A DNA stretch of 64,000 bases from Lama guanicoe. Its lineage: Eukaryota. Below are positions 13,748 through 27,830 of this stretch, piece by piece. A program made the translations under genes and the position numbers. How positions within the stretch are numbered: the stretch's first letter is position 1; each line of letters starts with the position of its first letter. The stretch spans positions 2,852,001 to 2,916,000 of the forward strand of contig MU054212.1 of NCBI GenBank assembly GCA_013239625.1, given 5' to 3'. The notes beneath the pieces were generated by a model. That model was not told the DNA's origin, ran no database searches, and saw nothing but the letters and a program-made list of their open reading frames with translations.

Positions 13748-14070
13748 CAATATTTGTTAACATCCCCTAAGCACCAGACACTGTACCAAGGGATGGATGC
13801 ATATACAGCAGCGAACATGACAGACTGGTCCCTGGCCTCACCAAACTTGTTCATAGGCAGAGAGGAGCCAGGAAACGAGCAACTACAACCAAGCCGGGAA
13901 GGCAGCTTGCTGCTCCGGCTTCACTGAGGGGACGGCGACCCAGGCTTGGGGGCTGGGAGGAGGGGTGGGGAAGGTTCCCTGGAGACAGTTGCAGCTGAGA
14001 TCTGATGGATGAGACATCAGCACACGATGGGATGCAGGAAGGAGAGCACGTGGTACAATCTAGAAATTAA
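13748..14070 (-). mobile_element. L2 LINE fragment
   Basis: AATATTTGTTAACATCCCCTAAGCACCAGACACTGT...GACTGGTCCCTGGCCTCA...GAAGGTTCCCTGGAG...AGCTGAGATCTGATGGATGAG. Confidence 0.55.
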
Positions 14071-14247
14071 AATGTCAGCACACTATGAGGGTTCTCCCCA
14101 AGTGTGGAGAGAGCAAACAGAAGCTTGTCGGATGGTGGTCAGAGAAGCACAGAATTAAACAGTAACTTACAATGAAAAAATTAAATAAACCCACCATAAC
14201 AATCTTAGGACTGGAAAAGGGGAAGAGGAAGCAGAAGGAAGCTCAAA

Positions 14248-14463
14248 CAGCGCTGTCTAGTAGAACTTCCTGCAAGAATGGAAACATTTGGTCTCCGCAC
14301 CATTTAGTGGGGTAGCCACTAGCCACACGTGGCTATCTGAACACGTGAAGTGAGGCTGGTGCACCTGACAGACTGAATCTGGCATTTCAATTTATTTCAA
14401 CTAATGTAAATTTTAAGGTAGGCAGGCCACGTGCGGCTAGGAGCTGTCATTCTGGGCAGCGTG
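14248..14463 (+). mobile_element. MER3-like hAT-Charlie element
   Basis: CAGCGCTGTCTAGTAGAACTT...GTAGCCACTAGCCACACGTGGCTA...CCACGTGCGGCTAG...GGGCAGCG. Confidence 0.75.
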
Positions 14464-17400
14464 GTAAACCCTGTTTGAATTTTTCTGAAGATTTGGAAGC
14501 CCAAATCGTGACAAACTTGAACCCCTCACTCACGTTTAAACAGAGAAGCAGGGGTCTCTTAGAAGGAAATACAACTGGTTTATGATCCTCCCAACATGTC
14601 CATTTCCCTCTCCCCTTCTACCAGTATCTCCCCTGCTTTACTGAGGAGCGCGTCCTGAGCGACTCCATTCGCACCAGGTTACAGACAGCAGAATGAACTG
14701 TGATGACACAGCTCTGAACACTGGCCACCTTTGGAGGTGGCGGTGGGCACGTGGGGTGGGGGAGCTGACTAGGAGCGGGTAAGAGGGAGCCTCTGAAGAG
14801 CTAGGGAAGCCCTGAATCTTGATCTGGGAAGTTAAACAGTTGTGGACGTCTACCCCTAAGATTTATTCACTTGACTCTTCAGTTATACATAAAAACAAAC
14901 CAAAAGTAATCTTGGAAGAAGCTTCTCCAATCAAAACACTTTGCCGCTCAGATACTCCTTTCCATTTCTGTGAAGTACTGCCTGTCACAAATGTGACTCT
15001 GACACTCTTGACATGAAATGGCAACTGAAATTTTCTAGCTCCTTAGAAACTCTTTCCACCCTGTAGAGATCTCCCAGGCACACGGATCAGTTTATCTTTC
15101 AAATTTCCATTTCCCTCTGTTTTCAGGCTTCGGCTTCCTTGTGGCTTAATCACCCATCCCACCCGCCCAAGGGGGCGGCAGTCATTTTTTTAGTAGGACA
15201 ACCCTTCAAGGGATATGACTTTGGGCGGCTTTCAAAAGAAGCTAATGAAAATTCGGCCCCTAAATCCAGCCTGGCTGTGTGCTGTTCAAACAGGAGCCCC
15301 AGGGGCATCGCCGGAACAAAGGAGCTGAAGTTTACTCTGAAAGTTCCAATGACTTTATTTGTTAAAACTATACTTCAATTTAAAAAAAAGTTGAAAAAAG
15401 AAGCCTATAAAAAAAAAACACACACCCCCATCTTACGTCATGTTTCACTATCAAGTTGGACTGTGTTACCTCTTTTACTGGGAAAAGAAATAGGTTTCTT
15501 AGGGATGTTTCCAGAAAAGCACATCAATAGTAAAGTATTTATCTATATTATTTGATATTGTAATTCATCATGTACACTAGAGCAGCGAAGAAACTGAATA
15601 CAAATCATAACTTCCCGCAAATTTCAATCTGGGTTTAAAATACATGTATTTATATCACACACACACACACACGTACTCTAGCAGCGTCTATGTTCTGTGC
15701 AACGCCTGCAGAACGGAGTGTTCTGATGAATTCTGTTTTCTTATAGCTGGCCAACCATTCAGGCCAGGCAGCCTGCAATCAAAGTATCCTAGGCAAGGAT
15801 CCTACTCCTCGGATGGAAATTTGTGGGTGCCTTGGCGGTGTTAGTTTGGGGCTGACACAATCCCATTGGACTCACAGTAATGGCTCTTGTGGAGAAACAT
15901 CACTTCACTGACCGTAGTTACTTAATCACAGGACAAGACTCTCAGCCATAATGTCAACATATCGGTTAGGGCGCTCCTTGTTTCTTCATTCATTCAAGTA
16001 TCATTTATTTGGCTCCTGTCGTGTGTTAAGCTTTAATGGTCTCTACTGACTTTAACTAAACAACAGAATGACCCTGGAGAGAGAGGGAAAAGAAATCTTT
16101 TCTTACAACTTCACAGAAGTTTTAAAGAAAAACAAACCCCCAGCAGTACTTCAAAATTGAAGACAGTTTCTATCCATCTCTGAAGTCAGCAGAGAATTAT
16201 CCTTGAAAAGTCTTCTGAGCATCCAAATTGGATACTGAATCTTCCATGCACTTTATTCACAGGAACTCCCTTTTAACTCATAGAACTTGCTTACTCTTAA
16301 TTCAGACCGTCCTCACAAGAGCGGTCCCTGGTCTTCCCTAGTCTACCCAAGAGTTATCCAAAATGAAGTCACCCCCAGATCAAGCCCCAGACTAACTTAG
16401 ACTGAAAGTATATGATATATTGGAGAAAAGTTTCTACCCAAATATGGTAAAGAAAAACTTTTTTTAAAAAAAGGTAAGACAACTTTTAAAATTTCATATA
16501 GCTGGGAAAAAAAATCACCTACACAGAGCACCTAAAAGGTGCAGGGGAAAGAGCCCGGGTTTTTGGAATCTGAAGACATGGTTTGAGCTCAAGTTCAGCC
16601 TTTGTGTCATCCTGGAAAAGCTACCAAACCTAGAGGACTCCTGTGCTCTCACCCCTAAGACAGAGATGAACCTTCTCACCCCACGGACGGAAAGCTGGCA
16701 GCGGAGGGGGGGATGTTGGTGAAGGCATACAACACAATGCACGGCACGGGGAGAAAGACAGAGGAAGTTTCTTTCCTCCTGCACGTGAAAAATGACATTT
16801 GATGCCCCAGTCCACCTGATAGCCAGAGAAGACCACGTCTATGGATCGAGTGAGGGGTACAGAGGACTTTGAAAGGAGTTGAGGAGGTAAGATCCATGGA
16901 CGAGAAAGGCAACAATTTACACTGACAAAGTATGACACTGCAGCGTCCAGATAAATAAAAACAAAATGGGATAAAGTGAAACAAGATGTGAGTTAATGTG
17001 CTTTGGACACAGCGGATGAACAGAAGTGAAGAGTGAGATCATCACAGTAGGTTCGTAAAATGAAATGGCACTTGAGCCGTATTGATTTTCTTTTTTCAGG
17101 TCAAATCTTAATTTCACAGATTTTTTTTTTCACAGATTTTTTTTTAAATGGAAATAAAAAATAGGAGATTTCAACATTGTTTCAAAATTACATGCAATTG
17201 TGTTAAATTAACCTGTAATTACTTCCCAATCTGAAATAGCAAAAGATTGCTCTTCTTGCCTGGGGCCAGGAGGAGGGGTTACCACCGTTCATCTATTTTA
17301 ATGCCCAACCTTTGCCAGGTAGGGAGTGAGTGCCCTCAATGGGCCTCTTTTTCCCGCAATAGTGAAATATGTATGGGAGAAGCTCCCTTACTAGATTACC

Positions 17401-20400
17401 AAGCTGAGATCACGAAAAGAACAACTATTTGCCAAGATTTCTCTGCTTTTTTTTTCCCCAAAAGCAAAGTAAACTTGTAAAAAGAGAACATTTTGATAGC
17501 ATTTTCCTGTGCTTATTATAGCTGATTAATTTTAAATTTGATTTCTTGGATATTTTAAAATGTACTTAAAACATCACAGAGTATTTTAAAATAGACATGA
17601 CAGCTCAGCTATGCCTATGACTGATTTTTTAAAATTAAAACACGGCATTGAAGTGAAAGCAGGCTGTGTAACAATACTATAGGGAAAAATATTTGCAAAA
17701 CTATGTGTATGTGCCATGAAAAATTGTGAAATTAAATTAAATTACCCTCAAAATACCAGTAGAGGGTAAGACTGGGGGACGATGTCACAGGGAAATTTTG
17801 TTTTTGTTCTTTTGTGCTTAATGGTGCTGAACGTTTGTTACTCTTGAAATTAAAACAAAAGCTGTTTTAAAAAGGAAGAAACAGCACTATATTGCCCAAC
17901 TAAATCAATTAGTACATACTCTTGGCACGCTGTTATAATTTACTTTCTTAATCAGGACTTTTTTGACATTTTTAAATGAAGGACTGAATGAAGAAATACA
18001 GAAGCGGAACAGAACTTAGGGATAAAGCTTCCTTTCCCTTTATTTTCTGACCAGGGAAGATGTGTGCGGAACAGAAAATTAAATGGGCCCCAGGTCACGG
18101 TAAGCTCATATTTAGCTGACACAGAAGTCTATTTCGTTTGATCCTGAAAGAAAGGGACAGGAGTCTATGGTTTCCACACTCTTGGGAGCGATCCAGTCAT
18201 CTGTCCCCTCCCCAGGGTCCCCTCCATCCTCAGACCCAAAACCCTGTAAGAATAAGACAATAAAAGCTGTGCACGCACACCTCCTGCGTTTCCAGAAGTC
18301 AGGTCCACACACCTGTCTTGGAAGGAGGATCCAGATGGTAGCAAAGCTTGGCAATGAAGTAGAGTCTAACGCCCAGAGGGGGACGTCTCTCCTGAAACCA
18401 GAAACCTCAGCCCAGCGTTAAGTATTATCACTATTTCGCAGAGAAGGAAGCTGACTCCGAGGTCAAGTGGCTTAGCCTACAATTATCTGGTAATGAATTT
18501 ACTGTGATACTTTACACGCTGGCCATGGTGCAGCGGGATGAGGTTACAGCTCTCCATCACCAGGCGGTCCCCGCTCTGGCTCTCACAGGAGGTGGGAGAG
18601 ATCTGCCTTGTTCCACCCACATTCTTCTACACGGTCTGTTTTGGGCTGAAGACAACTGGCTGGAGGGTGTGAAGGATGGTCAGTGGTCAAGCAGGAGGCA
18701 GGAGCCACCAGCTGGCCCAGGAAGTGGACACTCACCCCTCCCCACCCCGCCTCCATTTCCCCAGCGGGGAACTGGCATTTCACCTACTCCTCTAACTGTA
18801 AGTCCTAGATGTTCACTCCAGGAAACGTCTGCCTCTAAATTAACAGTAAACCTGACTGACGGATTGCTTGGATGTGGTCATAAAAATTCCTTGTCCCGCA
18901 GAGTGTCAAAAACTAAGTGCGTCCCTTCTGACCTTAACTGAATCCCAGAGAATCTCCTCTTAAAGATTCTTAGATGCCTATATGCCTGGCCTTTCTGCAT
19001 TAAAAAATAAAAGATTAAGACTCTAGTTTATAAGTGCGCTGACGTACTCTCACATACATAATGTGTGTGTTCAAAAATTTCATTTGCTCACTTGTTCATT
19101 CGCTGAGAAAAGACTGGCTGGCTAGTCTATTCGGTGCCGGGCTGAGGCACCATGGATGTGAACAATTCAGGGAGCTGAGGGTCTCTTTTGCGAATTAACC
19201 TCATGCACAGAGAATTCCTGGTGACAAGAGATTCCTATGTAAATAAGAAAGTTAAATCAAATTATGCTTTAAATGTCATGAGAACTACTTATTGACAATC
19301 GTAAGCGAAATCATTTGAAGGACAAACAATACTTTGGAGCTGTAAAGAATAAACCACCCTTGGTTTTATGAATCCAGAGTACATTATTTTTAAATCAGAC
19401 GTATCTATACTTAGTAATTCCACATTATAAGGATTGGACTCCTAACTTTTGACCCAATAACCTTTTAAAGAGGGAACCAGTGACAGTGTTTCTAACAGCG
19501 TTGACATAGATCATTTCCAAATTCAGAGTTTTTCTGAGGATGTGACAGAGTGGAACCCCAAGTTTTAGCCTGAGCCATGGCCCTGATGAGTTAGGTGGCC
19601 TTGGCAAATTATTTCATCTCTCACTTCAGTTTTCCCATTTATAACACGCAGTTGAAACAGCTGGCCTATAACGCTTTTTTTAAGTTCTGATTTTTAAAAT
19701 AAATTCTATGATTTTTAAAAATATAAACCATTGAGATTCAAACGCCTTAAGAAAGTTAGCATTCTAGGAGGGCAGAATTGGAATTCAAAATTGTTTTGAA
19801 AGAAAGAAGAACTGGTCATGAAATGAAAGTCATTCCAAAAGTATGAGTGGAAAAAAGAAAGAAAGAGAAAAGAAAAGAAAAAGAAGCCAACACAGAGAGA
19901 TTTCTTAACAATCACAGCATTTCTCTAGCTGATTAGGAAGATTAAATTTTAATCACTACCGCTTTTTATTTCCCTTTTATTTGCCTTCCTTGACAGGAGG
20001 AAATGGCCAATAAAATATGGTGCTTAATGAGCAGAATGGCTACTTCACAGAGATTTTTTACGTAGTGCTATTTCACTAGAGTATTGTTACATATTTGTAT
20101 CTTTCCCTGTTTTAAAATACTAGAGTGGTCTGAGAGCAGCTTATTTGCGGTTCCCTTACAGAATAGAAAAATCTATTCTAGTCACAGAAAACTAATGCTT
20201 TTTTAATAAAGTGAGACTCTCTTGTAAGCAGAATTCGTGCCATCTTTTCAAAAAGACGTATTGGGTAATTTTTAAAAATCAGGGCAACTGAGAGTAGCAG
20301 CCTCAAAGTTTCAGGCGTGTCCTGGTGACAGGCCTGCCAGGGGTCCAGCGGTTTGCCGAAAACGCTTCTCCCGGGTGACATCTTGCGCTAGGCAGAAGCT

Positions 20401-23309
20401 GCAGCCGCAGAAGAGGTTAGCTGGTTCTCTTCCGGCTGTTTGGCTCATCCCGGTTCTTGGTTACATTATTCCCACTGGAGCTGCCAGTGGGAACCGGCGT
20501 TAAGTAAGAGCAGAGGTGAGTCCATGGGCTACTCTGGCTCTGCTCCTTAAGACGGGGTTCAAGCCGGATCTGCCGGCGACCGTGGGAGGCACGACAGCTG
20601 AACCGCCAGCCCTAGCATGCGCCCAGCAGCCGTGTCTCCTGGGGAGTTTTAGAGGGCGCGTTCATTGATGAAATCTCCTGCTTAGGGGCAGATGGATGAG
20701 GAGATAGCACTGAAGGCACAACCTCGCAAGGAAGCAAATGGGCAGCAAAGGCAGCAGCGAGGCGGTCACCATCCCTCCGTATTTTATTGCAACGAGCAAT
20801 TCCTTACAGTTTTCTTACCGTAAAAGAGGAGACATCTGTGTTCTTGGAGAAGTATCTTAAAATAATTACCAACAAGAGTTTAAAAACAAACTCACTTTTT
20901 AAAGATCAACCTGACTGGGAAGAAAAGTTTGGTACAGAAATGGAAACGGAGTAGAAAAAGAAAATCATACCTGGAATTCACATAGTGCCTTATGCACATG
21001 AAGCAGTTAGTTATCTCTGAGATCTCAGAACGCCGAAGGCCTTCTGACAATCTTAACCCGTCAGCCTTCTAAAAGGTCCAGAGAGGGAGAGGGCAAGGCC
21101 AATACCACCTTTTGTAAAGAAGGAAAACCCAAGCAGGAGTATTCAGATTTTGCCCTAAGCTGCCCAAGGTCATAAAGTAGTTGATTGAAAAATCAGAAGC
21201 AAAAGATTCCAGGCTCTACGCCTACATTCTCGCCTCTGAAATTGCCTCAGTTTGGGGCAATCCAGACCCACTAGGACTTGGACCGAATTTTTAAACGAGC
21301 CCTTTGATTTGCCTGAAGCAGCAGATAACACTGCACTGGAGCATTTCCACGTAAGGAAGCAAAATGTGCGGCAGAATGCCTTTAGTAGTCTTAAAAGCCC
21401 CGGCTTAATTTTATTAACTGGTTATTTAACCACAAGACATAGTTATATGATGCCACAACAATGCTGGGGGGGGGTAATGAAATTTCATCTAAGGGGAAAA
21501 GTGGTCGCTACTAGGGCAGCAGGAAAAGGACAGAAAATAGCCCGAAAACAGAGCCTAAGAAGAAGGGTCGGAAGAGGGGCAGGAAGGGAGAAAAGGCCAG
21601 TGATGTGGGAGAGAGACGGGAAGAGAAGCTGATGGAAAGGGAAATTCAGGAGAGACAGGAAGAGACAGAGGAAAAGCATGTGTGATGGGGGAGTGGAGTG
21701 GAGTGGATCGGACTAGCTTTATCTTCTCACTCCCCAGCCACCTGTCCACTTATCTACTCAGGAGGTCAGTTTCTAATGCCCGGCTGTGGCCCACAGGTCC
21801 TCTTGTTCCGTCTGCCGTCGAATCTCACCCGATCTCTCTAAGTGGGTGCCCATGAGAGAGCTCTGTGGGGAGGGTTTAAAGGGTTCTCTGGGTCTTGCAA
21901 TTTGCTGTGGCCTCCTCGATAACCAAGCTGAATGATCCCTCTCTGTACTGCTTCCTTCTGAAGATCGTGGGCACGAAGCCTAGTTTTTGGAGAACCATGT
22001 AAATAGATGCTTGATGCTGATGGAAAGTCGCCCGATAAATGAGCTCCCAGGTCAACAGTTCTAGCCCGGACGACGGAAGGTCACAGGCACCTATGCAAGC
22101 CTACAGTCACAAGCAGAACGAAGTCAGGGGGGTAAGCACTACCCAGTTATTTCTCCTACCAACTCCCCACAGCACCTAATGAAAGACTTTTTAATTTTTG
22201 CACCCAGTGGAAAATGAATAAACAGTACGGATGGTGATGAAGCGAGTCCACAAGGCTCCATAATTGAGAGCTCCGATGGCCTTCCAGTCAGTGACCTCAG
22301 TGATTTCTCCCTGAGGGCAGTGGCCCTCAAACACTTTTTGACTTGTTATTGACCCATCCCATCCATCAAATAAAAAAGAAAAAAATAAAACCCACTGTCT
22401 CGTGGTGTTAATAGGCACAAATGCCAATTAAGGAAAAAACCAAACACGAATGAGGCGACAGGGATGTGGGGGGAAACGCAGAGGCATAATACTGCCCGAG
22501 AAGACAGAAGCCTGCCGCTGCCATAAAAACACGGTGCGGGGAGGAACCCCGGCAGCGAGCAGTCCGCGTTCTGAGAAGCAGGGCGTGCGCAGCGGTGGTA
22601 TTGCTGAGGTTTACATATAATGACACGGTGGCCAGTTGCCCTGGGGGCTGACCCTGGGCCCCTGCAGTTCCAAGGTCCCGACTCTGGGTGGGGTGGGGCA
22701 GGCCGGACCAGAGAAGAAAGTCAAATGCCACCACGTCCCAGTCTGGGGTGAAGAGTTTCACAAATGCGATGTGCTCAGCGTCACCCCTGGAACTCAGCCA
22801 GACTGCGGCGTCCGCGGAGACCGGAGCAGGGTTTCGTTCACAGTCATAGCACCGAGCCTGACACTGACGGGGCACTAATAAAACTGAGTATCTGAATCAC
22901 TGAGTACTGAATTCCAGGAGAGGCTGTGAGAGGTGGGTGCACCACGGCTCCCCATCTTCCATCTCCCTTCACAGAGGCTTCCCTCTCTTCTCTCCACTAA
23001 CCATGCAAGGTGCGAGAAACCATTTGAGAGAGAATTTGTATAGAGACTAAGAGCAGAAAGAGAAACAAAACACTAACCCAGGGAACGGAACAGAGCAAGA
23101 TACAGCTGCACGTTATTTACACACCAAGGCTGTGAGAAACGTTATGATTAACTCAGGCGGACGTTTACTTGGTAATAAGAGCATAACATTTTTAAATGAA
23201 GTGAAATATTTTATGGTATAATCTTATGAACAGACAGCTACTCTTTATAATTCTATTTGGAAAAGTATTTGCAACACATCAGCAATGGCAGACAGAGGCA
23301 GAACGGACC

Positions 23310-23510
23310 GGAGAGCTGCAGGGCCAGAGCCCTGGGCTTCAGTCCTGCCTCCATCACGTGCCGCCTGTGTGATCTAACCACTCCGTGCCTCAGTTTCCCC
23401 ATCTTTAAGAAAGTAATAATGCTTTTCGTGATTATTGTGGAAATTCAATAATTCATGTAAAAGAGTAGACAGGTTATGAAAAGCACTTATCCAGTGCCTG
23501 GAGTATAACC
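23310..23510 (+). mobile_element. MIR SINE
   Basis: Core GTGCCTCAGTTTCCCCATCTTTAA...CAGTGCCTGG; interrupted downstream by the SINE at 23530. Confidence 0.65.
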
Positions 23511-23529
23511 TTAAAAAGAATGTAAGCTC

Positions 23530-23617
23530 TTCTTTTTTTAACAGAGGTACTGGGGATGGAACCAGGACCTCATGCATGCTAAGCATGTGCTCCACCACTG
23601 ATCTGTACCCTCCCTAC
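23530..23617 (-). mobile_element. Camelid tRNA-derived SINE (short form)
   Basis: Reverse complement of the same head (GAGGTACTGGGGATGGAACCAGGACC...TACCCTCCC); TGTAAGCT flanks both ends. Confidence 0.8.
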
Positions 23618-26614
23618 TGTAAGCTATTTTTTGGTAAGCTATTATTTTTAACGATGGTTTTAAAAATTTTACAGATGATAACTGCTATTTCTAAAGGATT
23701 TGATGATTATTGTTAAGAGATACTCACAAAATACCCATCCACACATCGGTCGCTCCTACAACCGTTCCTAGTCCTTTTTCCAGGAGTTCTGAACTGGCTG
23801 CGAGGTCCCAGCTTACTTTACACTGCGCTGTACACTACACAAACACCAAGAGACTTGTTATCTTTCCTACCGAGAAAAGAGAATATATATATTATCCAAT
23901 ATACGTTAACATCTATCAATGAACTTCTGATGTCATTAACTCCCAAGAATAATAAGCAGTACATTCCTTTTTTTCCCTACTTTTATTTTATTTTTATTTT
24001 TACTACTTTGTTAATTTTACTACTTTATTCTCAAATCGGTTTAAGTACAACTTCGAGCTCAGTGAAGACAGCAGGTGAACGAAAACTTGCCTGACTTTCA
24101 CAATGACGTTAAATCCCCAAATACTGCTTTTCCCATGTCTTCAGGAACGCCGAACTCTGCTGAGGGTCTTAGTCAGCCACAGCCCGGAGAATGTCCACGT
24201 GGATGGACGTACCCTCAGAAACAGAGAGCGTGCCTCCCCTTTGTAAGACAAATAAGGGGAAGATGAGTCTGACACGAGAGTGAGGTTAAAATATCAACTG
24301 CTTTGGGGAAACTGAGGCACAGAGTGGTTTGTCAGTCAGTCCAGTATCGTTTGGGGAAGTGCCATGTTAAAACAAATAGATATTCTAAATCTTTACATTT
24401 AAAAAACACGCTGGCCCTCTAAGGGAAATCCTAAACTAAAAGGTAATCAAATGAAGTTAGTCATCGCGACACTTAACTTTCTAGCCTGTTTATCACCATT
24501 TGGGGAGATGATCTCTTAATAGTCACACAACCATTTACAGCCACAAAGACTCAAAATAAATTCCATCACTGGAATTATTTTATCTGCTAATAATGTGCTT
24601 GATATATCCTGTTGCACGTAGTTGGAATATGGAAATTAAATTAAGCAGTGATTACCACTTCTCTCTCTAAAGCTATATTCGGTTGCACTAAGATATTTAG
24701 TTGGATGAAGGAGACAAGAGGAGGTAAGAAATCAGCATACTTGAAATGTAAAAAAAAAATCGTGGAGCGGGACTATGGCTGTTTCAGGTAAAAGTCTATA
24801 CACTCAGAGCCAATTGCTGCCAATTGTTACTGTAAACCAAAAAATCCGAAAAGCAGCGTCAAAATCAACTCAGTTCAGTCTTACTGAGACACCTCCGGCA
24901 GAAGCCTACTCATTGTACCTGTCCAGTTAGCATGAATATGTCCTCACCGACTCTGACAGACGCCTAGCGAAATTAATGTCAATTCCGCAACACGGGACCA
25001 TGCTTGTGCTCGCAGCTCTAAAGCACAATTTGCATATCAATATTTTGATAATAAATAGCAAATGAACTCCGGGATGGAAAAGAGCTAGCTTGTGACTGTT
25101 TCCCAAAAAAGGGAAACTGAGGCTAAAGGCCTTGCTCTGGGTCCACAGCTGGGAAGCGCCCAGTGCGCCTGGCGTCACTGCCAGCTCTCTTCCCTCTGCT
25201 GTCTCCCCGGAGAGAGCTTGAGCTCTGTGGCACCTTGTGATGCCACGTGGAGGTCACATGAGAGCCCACCTAAATTACTGATGACAAAGAATGTTTGTTC
25301 AGGCGCCACAACAGAAGACCTCACATACCCCTGTGAAGGTTATTAAGTATAATTCTTTGCTTTGGAATTGCCACTTAAGCTGAAATTACTACCTCTTCAA
25401 GATGGATACGAAGATAAGTCAGAGATTTTGTTGGAGGTAGATGTCAACACACAAGCTAATTGACCTTAATTCACACATTATTTCAAATGGGATATGAAGG
25501 GGAAGGAATGAGGAAAATAGGACAAATTAGAACTAAAAAAACAAAAATAAAATTAACTGCTGAAAAGATGGTGCCAACCGGTTCCATATTTCAGTTCTAA
25601 AATGTTTAATATATCCCAGACAAGGAGTAAGATGAGTAAGGTGGGTAACTTTCCATATACATGCCTGTAACCATTTACGCCAGCCTGGCTGGCCCTGAAA
25701 TGCCGAGATGGATAAGGCAGTCCCTGTTCTGAACTCGCACAACATCACGACATCTCAGTGCCGGGCTGGCATCGCCCCTGTTTTAGTTATCTACAGGCTG
25801 GAAGTTTGGAGAGCTGGGTTCGAGTGTTCCTGCTGCCCGAAGGCGCAAAGCCTTCTCCTGCCGTCAAATGAGGAGGCTGGAGCTTCAGGGGATCACCCTC
25901 ATTTGTTCACAGGGAACTTCTACTTTTCAGAAGAAAGCTTACACTTTAATTGCAGTTGAAAAGCAGAAAAAGGCAGTGCTGCTGGCAGAGGAGGGAAGGG
26001 GAGGAGAGGACCACCTTCCCTCTGCCAGACCCACCCCTCCCTGGAGGAGGGGAGCCCTTCCAGGACCCTAAAGGGTGAACAATGTGGGCCTGGGTTTTCA
26101 CAGAGGGGCTCCAGCTGGGACAGCCCGAGCCCACTAAGAACTAGAGTGACAAGTAGCACTTGAGGGGCCCTGGCCCCAAGTGTGCCAGGCTTTACACTCT
26201 ACACTTAACTCACACTGTCTTGTTTAATCTTTACAAAGAACTTGTGACACTTCACTAAAATACCATTACAGCCATATTCCAACATTCTGATGTTCAGCTC
26301 CTCTCAACTAAACACATTTTCCAGGTAGCAGTTAATCAAAGACAAAACAAACAAAAACCCCACAAAATGCCCTAAGAAATTGCCTCTTTTATAAATGAAG
26401 AAAAGAAAACTTACCTCACAAGGCTGATCTGAGGGTTTCATGAGAGCATAAGGTATCTAATACAGGACCACAGGCATAATTAGGAAATAATCAATGTTTT
26501 TTAAAAGATCTATCAAAACTGCACTCCATCTGGCTACAGGATTCTAAGGGCTGGATTTATAGTTATGAAAAGCTTCTAGATTCCTGGGGAATCATGGTTC
26601 ACTTTAAAAGCAGA

Positions 26615-26930
26615 CACAAGCAAAAAAGCCAGCACAGAAGAATATATATACATACTGTAAAATTTCACTTATATGAAATGCTAGAAAAGGCACAACTATA
26701 ACTAATCCACAGGGGCAGGAAGCAAACCAGGAGTGAGTGCCTAGGGGCCAGGCTACGGCAGGGGGCCGACTGGGGTGGGAAAGGAGGAGACTTTCCAGGA
26801 TGATGGAAATGATCTATATCTTGACTGGGGTGGTGGTTACATAGGCGTACACGCTTGTCAAAATTCACTGAACTGTACACTTCAAATGGATGCATTTTGT
26901 TGTATGTAATTCAACCTTAATAAAGGTGAC
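26615..26930 (+). mobile_element. Ancient L1M 3' end fragment
   Basis: GATGATGGAAATGATCTATATCTTGACTGGGGTGGTGGTTACATAGG...TGTCAAAATTCACTGAACTGTACAC...AATAAAG. Confidence 0.75.
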
Positions 26931-27056
26931 TGGGGGTAAAAAAAAAAAAAGGCTATTCCAAGAAAAACAAAAAACTAGTACAAAATCCCAGAACTGAATA
27001 TTAAACCAGATCTCTTTTCTAGTATAAGTTCTTAGTGGGATTGACCACATTATCAG

Positions 27057-27507
27057 TGTTGTGGGTTGAACTGTTCCCCCAAATATTCCTATGTCCAAGT
27101 CCCAACCCCCAGGACCTGAGAAGGTGACCTTATTTGGAAATAGGGTCATTGAAGGTGTGATGCGTTTCGATGAGGTCACACTGCAGGTTAGGGTGGGCCC
27201 TAATCCAGTAGGACTGGTGTCCTTAGAAAAAGAGGAAACTTGAACACAGATGAGAACACAGGCAGAACCCCACAGGGATGTGAAGACAGAGACAGGGGTG
27301 CCGTGACTGCAAGCCAAGGAACACCAGAGGTTGCCAGCAAACCACAGGAAGCCAGGGGACAGGATGCAACAGACTCCCCCTCACAGCCCTGGGAAGGAAC
27401 CAAACCTGCCGACACCCTCCTGGCCTCCAGGACTGAGATAACATATTTCTGTTGTTTAAGTCATTTAGCTGGTGGTACTTTGCTACGGCAGCCCTAGAAA
27501 ACTCAAC
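27057..27507 (+). mobile_element. MLT1 (MaLR) solo LTR, MLT1C-like
   Basis: TGTTGTGGGTTGAACTGT...GTGACCTTATTTGGAAATAGGGTC...GGGTGGGCCCTAATCC...GCAAGCCAAGGAACACC...TTTCTGTTGTTTAAG...GGCAGCCCTAGAAAACT. Confidence 0.85.
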
Positions 27508-27619
27508 TGTAATTTTCTCAAGTTTAATCAAATCTTGATGGCATCTATGCCCCAGACAAGAGTCTACAGACTCTGTTGAACAGCCAATCTGCATGCAGCT
27601 CACGAATAAAAAAGTGTTT

Positions 27620-27830
27620 TCTGAGCGCTTACTATGCACCACGTGTTTTACGTGAGTCAACTCATTGAGTGTCTGCAATGACCCTAAAGTAAGAATTAAT
27701 AGACCACCATTTTCAGAGAAACTGAGGTTTACAGAGGTTAAGGAATCTGACCAGACACAAAGCCAGGAAGTGGCTGAGAACTAAGGCAGATTTCAAGCAT
27801 CTCCAGTAAGTGCTTCTACGCTGCTCCTTG
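27620..27830 (-). mobile_element. MIR SINE
   Basis: TGAGCGCTTACTATGCACCA...CCATTTTCAGAGAAACTGAGGTTTACAGAGGTTAAG. Confidence 0.6.

Noticed and set aside
17114..17145. Short tandem duplication TCACAGATTTTTTTTT x2
   Set aside because: Ordinary slippage next to T-runs.
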